Source: Squalus acanthias (Eukaryota). From it: a stretch of DNA of 64,000 nt. The stretch spans positions 22,384,001-22,448,000 of the forward strand of contig CM059432.1 of NCBI GenBank assembly GCA_030390025.1, given 5' to 3'. Within the stretch, counting starts at the first letter, position 1, and each line of letters opens with the position of its first letter. A program made the translations under genes and the position numbers. This document shows positions 47,896 to 61,102 of this stretch, piece after piece. The notes under the pieces are model-generated. The model was given only the letters and a program-made list of their open reading frames with translations. It did no database searches and had not been told where the DNA came from.

Positions 47896-49955
47896 AAAAA
47901 GATTAGTGAAGACAAATGTAGGTCCCTTACAGTCAGAAACGGGAGAATTTATAATGGGGAACAAGGAAATGGCAGAGCAATTAAACAAATACTTTGGTTC
48001 TGACTTCACGGAAGAGGACACAAATAACTTCCCAGCAATGCTAGGGAACCAAGGGTTTAGTGAGAAGGAGGAATTAAAGGAAATTAGTATTAGTAAAAAA
48101 ATAGTGCTGGAGAAATTAATGGGACTGAAAGCTGATAAATCCCCAGGGCCTGATAATCTGCATCCCAGAGTACTAAAAGAGGTAGCCATGGAAATAGTGG
48201 ATGCATTGGTTGTCATCTTCCAAAATTCTATAGATTATGGAACAGTTCCTGCAGATTGGAGGGTGGCAAATGTAACCCCACTATTTAAAAAAGAAGAGAG
48301 GGAGAAAACAGGGAACTACATTAGCCTAACATCAGTAGTAGGGAAAATGCTAGAGTCTATTATAAAGGATGTGATAACAGGACACTTAGAAAATATCAAC
48401 GGGATTAGACAATGTCAACATGGATTTATGAAAGGGAAATCGTGTTTGACAAACCTACTGGAGTTTTTTGAGGATGTAACACGTAGAATAGATAAGGGAG
48501 AACCAGTGGATGTGGTGTATTTGGATTTTCAGAAGGCCTTTGAAAAAGTTCCACATAAGAGGTTAGTGTGCAAAATTAAAGCACATGGGATTGGGGGTAA
48601 TATACTGGCATGGATTGAAAATTGGTTAATAGACAGGAAACAGAGAGTAGGAATAATTGGGTCTTTTTCGGGGTGGCAGGCGGTGACTAGTGGGGTACCG
48701 CAGGGATCAGTGCTTGGGACCCAGCTATTCACAATATATATCAATGATTTGGATGAGGGAACCAAATGTAATATTTCCAAGTTTTCTGACGACATGAAAC
48801 TGGGTGGGATTGAGAGCTGTGAGGAAGATGAAAAGAGGCTTCAAGGCGATTTAGACAAGTTGAGTGAGTGGGCAAATACATGGCAGATGCAATATAACGT
48901 GGATAAATGTGAAGTTATCCACTTTGGTAGGAAAAACAGAAAGGTAGAGTATTATTTAAATGCTGATAGATTGGGAAATGCTGATGTACAAAGGGACCTG
49001 GGTGTCCTTGTACACCAGTCACTGAAAGCAAACATGCAGGTGCAGCAAGCAGTTAGGAAGGCAAATGGTATGTTGGCCTTCATTGCAAGAGGACTTGAGT
49101 ACAGGAGCAAGGATGTCTTACTACAATTGTACAGGGCCTTGGTGAGACCACACCTGGAGTACTGTGTGCAGTTTTGGTCTCCTTACCGAAGAAATTATAT
49201 ACTTGCCATAGAGGGAGTGCAGCGAAGGTTCACCAGACTGATTCCTGGGATGGCAGGACTGTCGTATGAGGAGAGATTGGGTTGACTAGGCCTGTATTCA
49301 CTAGAGTTTAGAAGAATGAGAGGGGATCTCATTGAAACGTATACAATTCTGACAGGACTAGACAGACTGGATGCAGGGAGGATGTTTCCCCTGGCTGGGG
49401 GTTCTAGAACGAGGGGTTACAGTCTCATGATATGGGGTAGGACATTTAGGACTGAGATGAGGAGAAATTTCTTCACTCAGAGGGTGGTGAACCTGTGGAA
49501 TTCTCTACCACAGAAGGCTGTGGAGGCCAAGTCACTGAATATATTTAAGAAGGAGATGGATAAATTTCTAGACACAAAAGGCATCAAGGGGTATGGGGAG
49601 AGAGCGGGAATATGGTATTGAGATAGAGGATTAGCCATGATCATATTGAATGGCGGAGCAGGCTCGAAGGGCCGAAGGGCCGACTCCTGCTCCTATTTTT
49701 CCTATGTTTCTATGTAAACATTGGCACGGTAGGGCTGCCTTTTCTGATGCTGTTGGAGCAAGTTGGAGGAAAATTTACTGGGAATCTAATCTAACCCGGG
49801 AATGCTTGATGCTCATATTGTATGCCTGAAATGGAAGTGATCCATTTCCAACATTAACAGCCCTCATCTCAATGAGCACCAGTTCAGCTTTGCGCAGTGT
49901 TACAGCAGTGCCAGGAAGTGGGAATCCCCTTGGCTAACACCAGTGGCGCACATTA

Positions 49956-50806
49956 GGGTAGATTTTAACTTTTGGGTGGTCGACCGGGGAAGAATGTCAG
50001 TTGGACACCCGATTGCGCCGACGGAGGGCCAGTGTCCAATTTAAAGGCTGGGCCTTATTACTATGTCGCTTACGGTGTGCGCGCACCAAATAGGCACCCC
50101 GCTGCAGCTCACCGGCTCTGGGTCGGCACAATATTGGGCGGCCAGGAGTCTGACCTGGTCAGCGGCAAGGTAGGTCGTGGGGTGGGGCCATGATCGCTGC
50201 GGTAGGAGATACCGAAGGCAGCAGCAGCCACATTATTCTTACGGAGCCTGGAGCAGCACTTCTGCTCCTCCTGGCCCCACCCAAAGAATTTGAAACTGAT
50301 TGGCTCAGGTTTTGTAGTCAGCAGCGAAGGAACAGCGCTCGCGGTTCACTACGCTGAGAGCTGCCCACAGAGCTTTCGCGGGTCTTTGAGTGGAGACTTG
50401 CTGTCATCAGGTATCTGATTCAGCACACCGCCCTCTACAGGGGATCTGTGGTGTGTGTGAGCAGAGCAAACAATGGCATGGCTCTTCAACCAATCCGATT
50501 AAAGAATCCTCACTGAAACACGCAGGCCTGGATATTAACAGGGCGGGATATGTAGGGATATGAGTTTCAGATGGGAAATCCGGAAGCAGGTTAAATCAGA
50601 GGCTGCCAGCTGCATTTAAATATTTAAATTATTTAAATTGCCAATCCGCCTCCTGGGAGTGGGTTGGCTGCCCGCTCCTTGTCCTGCCTCCGTTAAATCC
50701 GGAAGTGGGCGGGGTGGAAGTATGGTTGGGGTCAGGGTTCAGATTTTTAAAATTTTAACTTCTGACCCGAACCCAACCTGTCCTTTTTTGTGTGCTAAAA
50801 TTCCCC
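49956..50806. mobile_element. Degenerate Harbinger-type MITE
   Basis: GGGTAGATTTTAAC start, TAAAATTCCCC end; CCCGCC/GGCGGG motifs; a further eroded element follows (~50820-51473) containing a CR1 tail at ~51255-51410. Confidence 0.6.
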
Positions 50807-51759
50807 TCCTCCACTCCCCCACCCCCCCCAGATTCTACACCAGGAAGTATAAACCAGGAATTATAAATTTGATTTAAATCATGTACAGAAAGAGAAATAA
50901 AGAGAGGGAAAGACGGATGGGATTAAGAGAGAGAGATAAAAGAGACAGACAGAGAAGAGAAAAAAAATCGTTTAATTCTTTCTTTACATCTCCAACACTT
51001 AATTCAATTCTGGAGGAATGAGACTCTACATTTGTAAAATTAAATTTTCAGTGCCAGAGAGGTTGTTTTGCAGTAATTATGACTTATCACACCATTAAAA
51101 ATTCAGTTACACCTGAATACACTAGCCCTAACTTTTTCTGGCATGTTTCGTGGGTAACTAATGGGCAAGTTCAGCAACTTCATGCCCATACATGGATTTC
51201 AATGCCGAGTCTATCGGGAAGAACACATGCGCATACTCCAGAAGTTGCTGTCTGATTTCTTTAGACACAAAAGGCATCAAGGGATATGGGGAGAGAGCGG
51301 GAATATGGTATTGAGATGGAGGATCAGCCATGATCGTATTGAATGATGGAGCAGGCTCGAAGGGCCTAATGGCCTACTCCTGCTCCTATTTTTCTCTGTT
51401 TCTATGTTTCCACTCCATAATGACAGTGATCGCTGTTAGCTTCACCGTTAATCTTAACACAAAATCGGGGCCATTGTTTTTGGCCCTCTTCATCTGTACT
51501 GCCACCTAAAGCTGGGTGTGCAGTTGTTCCCCAAAATGGCAGTCGGCGTCCTATGTATGTTATACCACCCTGATTTGCAAATTAAAAGGGCCTTCCACCT
51601 GAAACAGGCAGGTGCCAAAGAGAAGGCCAATGGATTATTTAGCACTTGAGTAATCGTTTGTAACCTCTAAAGTGACTGCTTACCATCTTTCGTAGCATTT
51701 TTCCCTGAATCTACCATCTTCTTTAATGATAACTTGCTGGCCTAAGTGATAGAGCCCTA

Positions 51760-54700
51760 GGGCTCGATTTTAATAGCCCTGAGGAGGCGGGTTTGGAGGC
51801 GGGTCTGTTGGGAAAATTAGCCAAAATGGCTTCAGACACCCAACCCGCCTCCATCCCGCCCCCATCCGATTTTTGTGAGTGTCTGTTTAGCCGCTCGAAA
51901 ACTGACCCGTCTCCAACCGGTGGGACAGGTAGTTAAGGCAGTTAACAGCCTGCTAACTGCCTTGCTAATCCTATTTTCATAGTGGTTTCCTATTTTCATA
52001 GTGGTTTCCCATTTTCCTGCTTCTGGCTCCTGTTGCCCGACTAGTCAGAAACAGGCCAGGTTCAAGGAGATGAGATGCTGGAGGAGATGATTTGTATGCA
52101 TTGGTGGAGTGCTTTAAAAGCGCCCCTGAAACATGGCTGACATTCAAATGCAACAACTTTGCTGCTGTAGGTATGGGATAAGATTTTGCACGTCTACTGA
52201 CCTTGTGCTGACACTCATCTGCAGTGTGACCTGAATGGAAATATTTCAGGCCAATCCGACTGTGCGCTTGCAAGATTGTTACCTCAAATGAAATCTATAG
52301 CAAGGGGATGGGAAACACTTATGCCCTCTCATTCTGGTCCTCATACTCGGGGGAATAGCAGCCGCGTGGCTCACCACAGATCTTCCTGGGAAGAGGAGTA
52401 GGAGGAGGACGAGGGGAGCCTTGCATGCCCTGTTGTGACCAATGCAGCATCCCTCCAGTTCACTGCTGCCCGTCAACCAGGGTATGCACACTGCCATGCC
52501 ACATTACCATAAGCTTACTCTTCGACCATAGGTGGCCACCATATGGCTCTGTAATTGCAGGCGACACTTGTCCAATGTCATACTTCATCTCTGCTATACC
52601 CTCTTATTTCCTATCACTTTTACCATCAGCATTACAAATGCAAGTCGCCCTGAGCCCTCAATGCGCTTTTGCCATTTCCCAGAACACATAGGCCACACAA
52701 TCAACTGTTTGACATAATTTATCTTTAACACATGACAAAATATACCAGCAAGAGTCAGAAAAAAAGAAACATCACTCATGTGAGTCCCCTTGTGACTACA
52801 GGTGCTAATCTTTCTCTTACGCATGATTCTACGTGGTGCTTCCCCTGTGGCTTCAGCAGAGGTAAAGGCACCTTGCTGACTAGGATGCTGCGCCTGCTTA
52901 GACGTCTTTGGCGGGCGTCCTCTGGGTTTGGGAGACTGGGAGGGCTCTTCAACAGTCTGCTCTTCCTGCGGCTGTGCAGGGGCTGAAACGGCCATCTCAG
53001 TTGTCTCAAAGTGGATCTCTGACCAAGGGCTCCACAGTGGCATGGTCGTGCGAGCGCTTTGAGAGGAGCCCACACTTCCTTCTGCCCTGCCAGCAACATC
53101 CCTCTCATGGGTCAACCACACCTCAGTGTTGGCAAGTGGCAGGAGAGCACCTTGCTACACTTCAGGGGGGCCATGAGGACCTGTATCTGCACTGGCAGTC
53201 CTCATCACAAGGACGTCCATGAAGCTGGCCATCGCTCCTCCAGAGATGTTATTCTATTCTGAACAGTCACCATGTTTTCCTGACTCTGGCGACTTATTTC
53301 CTCCATGGCCATAGCCATCCTTTCCACTGAGGTAGCCAGCCTTCCACGGAGGTTGCCATCCTATCCATGGTGGTGCGTTCATGCGCCATTGCCCCCACCA
53401 TGGCAGTGCTGATGTTAGAGATGGACTCCTCCATTCTCTCCAAACTCGCACTAACCCTGGAGGCAAACCCTTCCAGAGACACCTGCACTTGTTCCTGTAT
53501 TTCACGAACCGCTCTTTTTCTGGATGGCCCCAGAGGCACAGCGTCTGCATGCAGCTCAGCAGAGCTAGGAGAGTCCTGCGACCTCCACAGAGGACTCTCC
53601 ACTGCTGTCGCTGTCTCCACCATCTGCTGATGCTCACTTGTGTGCTGTGATAGACCAGGTGGCAACACTACTCTAACTCGCGAGGGCCCCACCAAGGTGT
53701 GCGTTGCTGCGCTGGTGCTGGGTGCACTGAGTCCTGGTGATGCTGGTCCCTCAGAGGCTTCAGGTTCCTCTGAGGAGATGGCCGACTCTTCGTCCTGGAT
53801 CGTGGGGAGGGGGGCAGTCGATCGTCCTGTGGGAGAGTAAAGGCTTGAGTTAGACATCTGATATTGATGTAGCAGACACATACTTTTGAGCAGATGATAC
53901 AAAGCGATTCTCTATGAACATCATATTCCATTGCTTTCTGAGAGGGATGAAACTCTATTATGTCACCAACTTCCTCTAGTGTGCCCGTCTCTCCATCGCC
54001 CACTTCCAGATCCTCGCCACCCCCAACAATCTCGTTTGCTGCCTCCTCAGCACTGGTTAATGTTGCAAGGGTAGGTGTTCCTCCTCCAGTCATTGCTCTC
54101 TCCCTCTTATTGTGGGCTATCTTTTCCTGCAAGGAGGGACACAAGCGATGTTTCAGCCACAGTGATGGAGTGAGTGTGATTAATCCCTCCCATAGAAGCT
54201 TTGAGTGAGACAAAGATGGGGTAAGGTGCCAAGAGGAAGGTAGCTCCCTGTGCGTTGTTAGTTGTTGTCACTGCATGACAGTGAGAGCGAGTCTAAGGGG
54301 TGCATAGGCAGGATGCTGAAGTGATTCAGTGCAGAGACAGAGATGGATAGGAAAGGGTGCAAGAGAAGTAAGAGTAAGGTGGGATGTGAAGGAGAGGCTT
54401 ACAACACAGAGTGCTGGTGATGAGAAGAGAAGGGAAGCAGAGTGAAGGCAAGTGAGATGGGATACTCACTTTTGATGTTCTCACAAGATCATTAAAACTT
54501 TTGCGGCACTGGATCCATGACCGTGCATAAATAGACCGTGCGCTGACCTCCTGAGCAATGTGCAGCCAGGCTGCCTTGGTCTGCTGAGGAGGCTTCCTCC
54601 AGCCGTCAGGAGGGAAGAGAATCTCCCTGCACCCTCTGACAGCATCCACAAGAACTTGAAGGGACTCATCATTAAAACGAGGAGCTGCCTTGCCTCTGGA

Positions 54701-54969
54701 AGAAGTCATAGCTTTGAAAAGAACTGCAGGAAACCACAATAGAAAGGCTCAGGCTGGAAGGCAACTTTAAAAGCAGCTGCTATTATGACGTCATCAGAGG
54801 TGGCCAGCCAACCCGATCCCACTCATTGGACCAGCCAGCGCACCTCCATGAAATTAACAAGGTACTTGAAAAAATCGCAAATCTGCAGCTGTTCCCGCCG
54901 GAAGCAGCTCCCGAACCCGCCCACCACGCAACCCGACTCCAACCCTCCTCGGGAATTAAAATTGAGCCC
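51760..54969. mobile_element. Harbinger element (CCCGCC class) retaining Myb gene, transposase mostly deleted
   Basis: TIRs GGGCTCGATTTTAAT / ATTAAAATTGAGCCC (14/15); CTA TSD (51757-51759, 54970-54972); only an acidic-tail-like remnant of transposase near 52390-52420. Confidence 0.9.
52776..54709 (-). pseudogene. Harbinger Myb/SANT-like protein, 3 exons; N-terminal part open, C-terminal third disrupted
   Basis: Exons 54709-54470 (MTSSRGKAAPRFNDESL...WLHIAQEV...RSWIQCRKSFNDL), 54126-53967, 53826 onward with GT/AG; stop at 53296-53294; out-of-frame tail has AT-hook-like KPRGRPPK; 3' end approximate. Confidence 0.85.
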
Positions 54970-56149
54970 CTAGACTCCCAACCACAGGTTAGTGAAAGAG
55001 AATTTCACAGCTGCTAAGATTTTAACACCCTTCCTTCAGGCTGAGTTTCAAAAGTTCTCAGTCAAGATGATAGATAGCATTTCACACAGTGGGGGAGCAT
55101 TCCATGCGTGGGTGAACATGGCTGTCTTGAATTTAGATTCAAGCTGTCTAATCAAGGGGATTACTATCCTTTGGTCCACAGTTCTTGGTTCCTTGCTGTG
55201 CTGGTGAAAAAAGAAGCATAATGAGAACTGTATTGTAAGAGGCAGAAAACAGAGGTGAACGGAGATTCCGTACATCACAGAAAAGGACAAGCTAACTCAA
55301 GTCTTATCTTTTTTGTGTGTTCCTGCAAAGTTTATATATCGGGGGAAATCATGGTTTACTTTATTGATAATAATATGGTCACTGTTTCTCTGAATATTTC
55401 TTTGGGGTTCTTTCTAAGCTCCAAATATACAGAGCCACATGCTCTAGCTTCTCTCTACAAACTCACGGTTGAAATTAAGACTCATCACACAGTCTCCTAC
55501 TCTAACTCATTCTTTTCCCAGAGCTTTGGTGTTCCTTACCTCCCTCAGCCTTCCCTTCCTCCTACAATCGACATCCTTTTACAAAACAAGCTTGGTGCCA
55601 CCTAGCCACTTCTTTTTGATTTATCTTGTCTTCTCCGCTACACTTTCTAACCTTGACAGCGTCCTGCATTATGCACTGGACTTTTGGCTAGTTTTCTCCA
55701 GCTGAATATTGGTGGAACGGAAGGTGTTGAAATAGCTCTGGGTAAGGTTGAAAATGGGCAACCCGACCCCAACCTGCCTCCAACCTGCCCACTTCTGCTT
55801 TTAACGGAGGGGGGTTGGGGGACGGGTGACCAACACGCTCTCAGGAGGCAGGTTCGTCATTAAAATATTTTAGGGAGGCTGCGCGCCTCCAATTCACCTT
55901 AACTTTTAGTTTTAACACTGTAGACCAAGTTTCCCAGACCTCAGGAAACCTGGCAGCTGAAGAGAGGCATGAAGGGCCGGATCACTCAAGTAAGTGCCTT
56001 TCCAGCACTGCTTATGGGCCAGGAGGAGCAGGAGTGCTTCCCCCCGGCCCAGCAAGCTTACCTCCATGCGATGAGACCCTCACAATTGGCCAGTTCCCCC
56101 TTCCCCCACCCCCTCCCCCGCGATGTCCGACTCCCCCCAACCCTCCCTC

Positions 56150-56790
56150 ATAGAATCATAGAATGGTTACAGCAGAGAAGGAGGCCATTCGGCCTGTTGA
56201 CCCCATGCTGGCTCTCTGCAAGAGCACTTCAGCTAGTCCCATTCCCCCATCTTTCCCCGTAGCCCTGCAAATATTTTTCCTTCAGGTACTTATCGAATTA
56301 TTCCTTTTGAAAATTGTCGTAAGAATGAGCCTTACGCGTGGTGAACTTAAAGTAAGCTTTAATCAACTAAAAAGGTGCTACATACAAAAGAGGTCTTACT
56401 CTATGCCTCTCCAGGATCCAACTGATCAGTCCAGTATTTATCCTGGACTAATCACAGGAAGTGATGCAATAAAGTTCGAGTCACAGGAAGCTGTTTTGTG
56501 TTACCACAAAAGCCACAATTGAGTCTGCCTCCACCACCCTTTCAGGCAGTGCATTCCAGATCCTAACCACTCGCTGTGTAAAAAAGTTTTTCCTCATGTC
56601 AAAACTTGAGAACAACCATAGCTTCTCCAGTCTATCCACGTAACTGAAGTCCCTCATCCCTGGAACCATTCTTGTAAATCTTTTCTGCACCCTCTCTAAG
56701 GCCTTCACATCCTTCCTAAAGTGCGGTGCTCAGAATTGGACACAATACTCCAGTTGAGGCTCAACCAGTGTTTTATAAAGGTTGGACTTA
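56150..56790 (-). mobile_element. CR1 3' fragment within a Harbinger-type MITE (~55745-56990)
   Basis: KALERVQKRFTRMVPGM...FFTQRVVRIWNALP; (ATTCTATG)n tail at ~56150. Confidence 0.85.
56315..56508 (-). mobile_element. Short solo LTR (194 bp), Gypsy-like
   Basis: TGT...ACA termini; flanks AAAT / AAAG; minus-strand ATAAATA and ATTAAA; CR1 contiguous across site. Confidence 0.7.
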
Positions 56791-57652
56791 CCTCTGCTCT
56801 GCTCCCGTCTGCCTTCCCCCCAACAGACAGACAGACTGTCAATCCGGCTGGCTGTGGCCAGCAAACCTTGTGAAATTATTTAAAACAAGTCCTGCTGTTA
56901 AATTCGGCAGGACTTGCAGGAAACCTGAACTTCCCGGGTTTCCCGGCCGCTATTCCACCCCAGCTCCCTTCCCACCTCACAGTTATTATCGGGACATGGG
57001 GTTAACTTTCACATGTATACTGTTCCACCTCTTTTGACTCTTCCATTGCTGCTGTGCTTGTCTGACATCCAGGGGGAGATTTTGATCCCCAAAATAGGTG
57101 GATTTGGGTCGGGTTGGATGTTAAAATGTAAAAAATCTCAAACCCGAACCCAACCCGCCTCAAACCCGCCCACTACTGGTTCTAATGGAGGCAGGACAGG
57201 GGCGGCTAACCAACACGCTCCCAGGAGGTGGGTCGCTCATTTAAATAATTTAATGAGGCTGCGCGCCACAGATTTTTTCTCTCTTCCAGCTTTAACACTG
57301 GCCAGCCGGGTTTCCTGGGCCTCGGGAAACCTGGGAGCTAAAGGGGGGGGTGAGGACTGCTGCATGGAATAGCGTTTCCAGCACTGCTTATGGGCCAGGA
57401 GAAGAAGGAGTGCAACACCACAACCCTCCAAGCAAACCTGTTTTCCACTCCAGAAAATCAGAACCCCCCGTAATCAGACTTCACCACACCCCCGCCGTCA
57501 TGGACCTCTACCCCGCGATCTGACCCGCCCCACGATGGGAATCCCCCATTATCACCGTCCCCCCCCACCAAAAGTCGTACACACCCCTGTGACCACCAAC
57601 CCTTCTCCCCCCACTATCACCAACCCCTCCTATGGTCACCGACCCCCCTGAC

Positions 57653-57816
57653 CATTGTTCCCTCTAAGCTGCGTGGCCGCGCAGCTCTCTGCCGGTCCTG
57701 TGCAGCCCGGGACCAGCTTTTCCAATGTTAAATTACACGCATGTGCGAAACTCTGAATGGGCCGCGCAGCCCCATAAAGGGGCCGTGCACCCCAAAAAAC
57801 ATTAGGGGTAACATTG
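57653..57816. mobile_element. hAT-type MITE (164 bp)
   Basis: TIRs CATTGTTCCCTCTAA / TTAGGGGTAACATTG; 8-bp TSD CCCCTGAC / CTCCTGAC (7/8). Confidence 0.75.
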
Positions 57817-59657
57817 CTCCTGACCGCTCATCTCTGCCCCCGACCTCTCTCCGGCTCCCCGCGATCACCCCCCAAACCACGCTTTACCCCACCCCCCCCT
57901 TGTGATCTCTACCCCGAGCAGCAGGCTCCCTACCTGCTCCCGGGCTGCAGCCTCTTCTGGAGTGTTCCCCACCTGACAGGGACCCAAGGCTGTCAATCAG
58001 GCTGACTTCCGGTCAGATAACCTGTTTAAAAAACAAATGTGCACGCTGTTAGAAATTAGGGTATCCAAAATATATGGGGTTATGCTAATGATATTGTGAC
58101 ACAAATAAGACTGTGTTTGCATGACTGTATTAGAACTTGAGACAAAAGTCTCATCAGACTAGTTTCAGAATAACGGGATAGATGCTTAGAATTTGCTTAT
58201 GTTTTTAATTCTCTGCTGATGTTATAACATTCTTCACCGTGACGGTCATATATGACTTTGTTTCCAGGCTAGCTATCTGCTGTTTTCAAGTTAGGATTTT
58301 GACTTTGTTTATGTATCTCTAATTTGGCCAACCGAGGCCCAACGTTATATTTCTTCCATTACTGCTAATAACCATATTATGATGCTAAGTTAGGATTTTG
58401 ACTTTCTTCAACAAAGCTGCTTTAAAATGCGTAAGTTAACAAGTGTGTGAGAATAGAATAGAGGATACCTTTGGGAATTTAATGCTTCATTCCATGGTAC
58501 AATAGTCTGATAATGGAATGAAATAATTAGTTTTGCACAGTTAAAGCTACATGAACAGCTTGAACGTAAATAACTTATAACAAGCAACTACGAATATCTG
58601 AAGGCCAAGAATGGCATGTCTGACTCCAAACTTGGGAGGATAGGGACAAGAGAGATAAGAGGAATTATGATGGATGGGCCTTCAGAATGTATAAACAGGA
58701 AAGACATGTGAGGTAAGAGCATGAGACCCCTTAGGGGAGGGCTTTCATCTGAAAGTTAAGACAACAAACTCGACGTGCCATTGGGCACATTGGTTTAAGA
58801 AGAACCCTTACAGGTTAAATGGTCCTGTCCATATTGTACATCAGGCCCACCCCTAAAAAGGGAATAAAAGCAAAATCCAAAAAGTTCTTAGCACAGATGA
58901 TGGAGGGGAGAGCCAGACAAGAGTGGGGCTGGTCTAACACTCTTCCGGGAGTGGACACATGCTGACCTAAGTTAACACTCTTGGAGGTTTCAGACGAGAG
59001 GAAGAAAGGCCGTAAGCCGGAGAACTGTTTGCGCACGCCAGCCATCTGTCCGATCGGGATCGGTACCAGCTGCTTGTCATGGTCGTATGTTTTTGCTGTA
59101 TTACTAGTGTGTTATATTCTGTCTTAAACTCTGATTAAACACAATGGGGTAAAAATTCAGTTGGTTGCGCCTCCCGTTAGCACCTTAAGAGGGCGCTAAA
59201 GGGGCGCAAAGCCGCTAACGCCCGGGCGCAGCGATGTTTGCGCCGCTCGGGAACTTAACTAGAGATTGTGCGGCGGCGCTAAAACTTACCGCTGCGACCA
59301 CCTGCGCACGCAGATTGTGACGTCATTCCATGGTGCAACGCCCTTGTGGCGCACCGGAGCGGAAATTGAGTGGCGCCCCCTGCCTTACCGCCTGGCGCTT
59401 CCAACGACCGGAAGACTGGAACGCTATCAATCGCTGTGGGGCTGGGGGGGGGCGCTATTTAAAGGGGGCCTCTTCCTGTCTTTTTCTGTGGTCGACATTT
59501 TTGCACCACTCGTTCTGAGAGAGAGAGAGAGATTCGGAGAGAGAGAAAGAGAGACTTCTACATTGACTCAACGCTTTGTGAGGTAGTTTTGCCTATTGAT
59601 CCTAACTTCGCTGCTACTTTAGTTGCTGTCCTTCATTACTTTGCTTGCAAAGAGAAT

Positions 59658-60809
59658 ATGGGGGCTGCACTGATTGGGGGCGTCGTCCTGCTCCAGCTGA
59701 ATCGGAGGATACAGAGACGCAGAGAGAGAGTGGCAATGATGGCCAGACGGAGGAGGGCCATCAGGCATATGTACAGGAGAGCTTACCCTCCCAGGGTATA
59801 TCGTGAACAGCTCTCCTACATCCATATGTCCGAGGAGCTGTGTTTGCGAAGGCTGCGATTCAGCAAGGAGGTGGTCACTGACATCTGCCACCTGCTGTAG
59901 CCAGATCTGCAGCCTCAACTGAGGTCCAGGACGTCTCTGTCGGTGGCAGTGAAGGTCACAGTGGCTTTGAACTTTTACGCTACTGGCTCATTTCAAGCTG
60001 CTGCTGGGGACCTCGCCAATATCTCCCAGTTCGCGGTGCATTGCTGCATCCGGCAGGTCACAAATGCCCTCTTCAAAAGGAGACGAGAGTTCATCTCTTT
60101 CCCCATGACCCCAGACAAGCAGCGTGACCGCACTCTGGGCTTTGCGAGGGTAGCGGGCTTCCCCATGGTGCAGGGCGCCATTGACTGCACGCATGTGGCT
60201 TTGCGTGCTCCGCATGAGAATGCCGAGGAATTCAGGAACAGAAAGGGGTTCCATTCCTTGAATGTCCAGTTGGTCTGTGACCACAGACAGCTGATACTCG
60301 CTGTCAATGCCCAGTATCCTGGCAGCTGCCACAATGCTTTTATCCTGCGCCAGACTACTGTGGCAGAACTTTTCGAGGCACCGCATCAGCCAGTTGGTTG
60401 GCTTCTCGGGGACAAGGGGTATGCATTGAGCACCTGGCTGATGACACCGCTCCGTACGCCCAACACCCCTGCTGAGCTGCGGTACAATGAGAGCCATCAA
60501 GCTACCAGGAACATTATTGAGCGCACAATCGGCGTGCTGAAGCAATGGTTCCGCTGTCTGGACCATTCTGGAGGAGCCCTGCAGTACTCGCCTGAGCGAG
60601 TATCGAACTTCGTAGTCGTGTGCTGCATGTTGCATAACATGGCAATCCTCAGGACCCAGCCAATGCCACCAGGCCTTGGAGCACCACCAGAGGAGGAGGA
60701 GGAAGAGGACGAGGTCGATGATCATCAGCAGCACCAAGGCGGGAGGGCGGCCCACAATGGTCAAACTGCAAGGGCCGTCTGTCAACGGCTAATAGCAAGC
60801 CGCTTCTAG
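59658..60809 (+). pseudogene. Harbinger DDE transposase (HARBI1-like), 383 codons with one premature stop
   Basis: ATG 59658 to TAG 60809 in one frame; internal TAG 59898-59900; [47 protein letters not shown] motif reads HN (AAT 60333-60335). Confidence 0.95.
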
Positions 60810-61102
60810 GGCCCCTGCAATTGCTAACAACATTAATGAACCCAGCACGCAACCCTAAGCCGGCCAAGGCACCAATAATTCCAACCACCAACCATGTATA
60901 TTTTGAATACAGAAACTTATTTATTTTACAAACTCTGTGTGTGTCAATTCCTCATGACAAACTCATAGAAATAAACACAAAAAAATAGTCAATAACATAA
61001 CTGGTTCTCACAACCTGGAGATAATGTCCAAAACACTAAACAAAAGTTGGACCATGAACCTCGACCTTTGATAAAAAAATGACCAGCATTTTGTCACACC
61101 TC

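Larger units (their letters stand above)
44953..49714 (+). mobile_element. 5'-truncated CR1 (outer), split into 44953-45156 and 47896-49714
   Basis: ...CKSFYKYVKRK (ends ~45156) resumes as RLVKTNVGPLQSE (~47900); RT frame open to 49621 except TGA at 49283-49285. Confidence 0.88.

Noticed and set aside
47825..49285. Stand-alone 486-aa RT gene
   Set aside because: Chimeric: begins in the inner CR1 3' UTR and runs into the outer CR1 ORF2.
51970..52014. 19-bp tandem duplication CCTATTTTCATAGTGGTTT
   Set aside because: Simple slippage duplication inside a transposon; no further structure.
59988..60785. 265-aa minus-strand ORF
   Set aside because: Antisense shadow of the GC-rich transposase; no recognisable motif.
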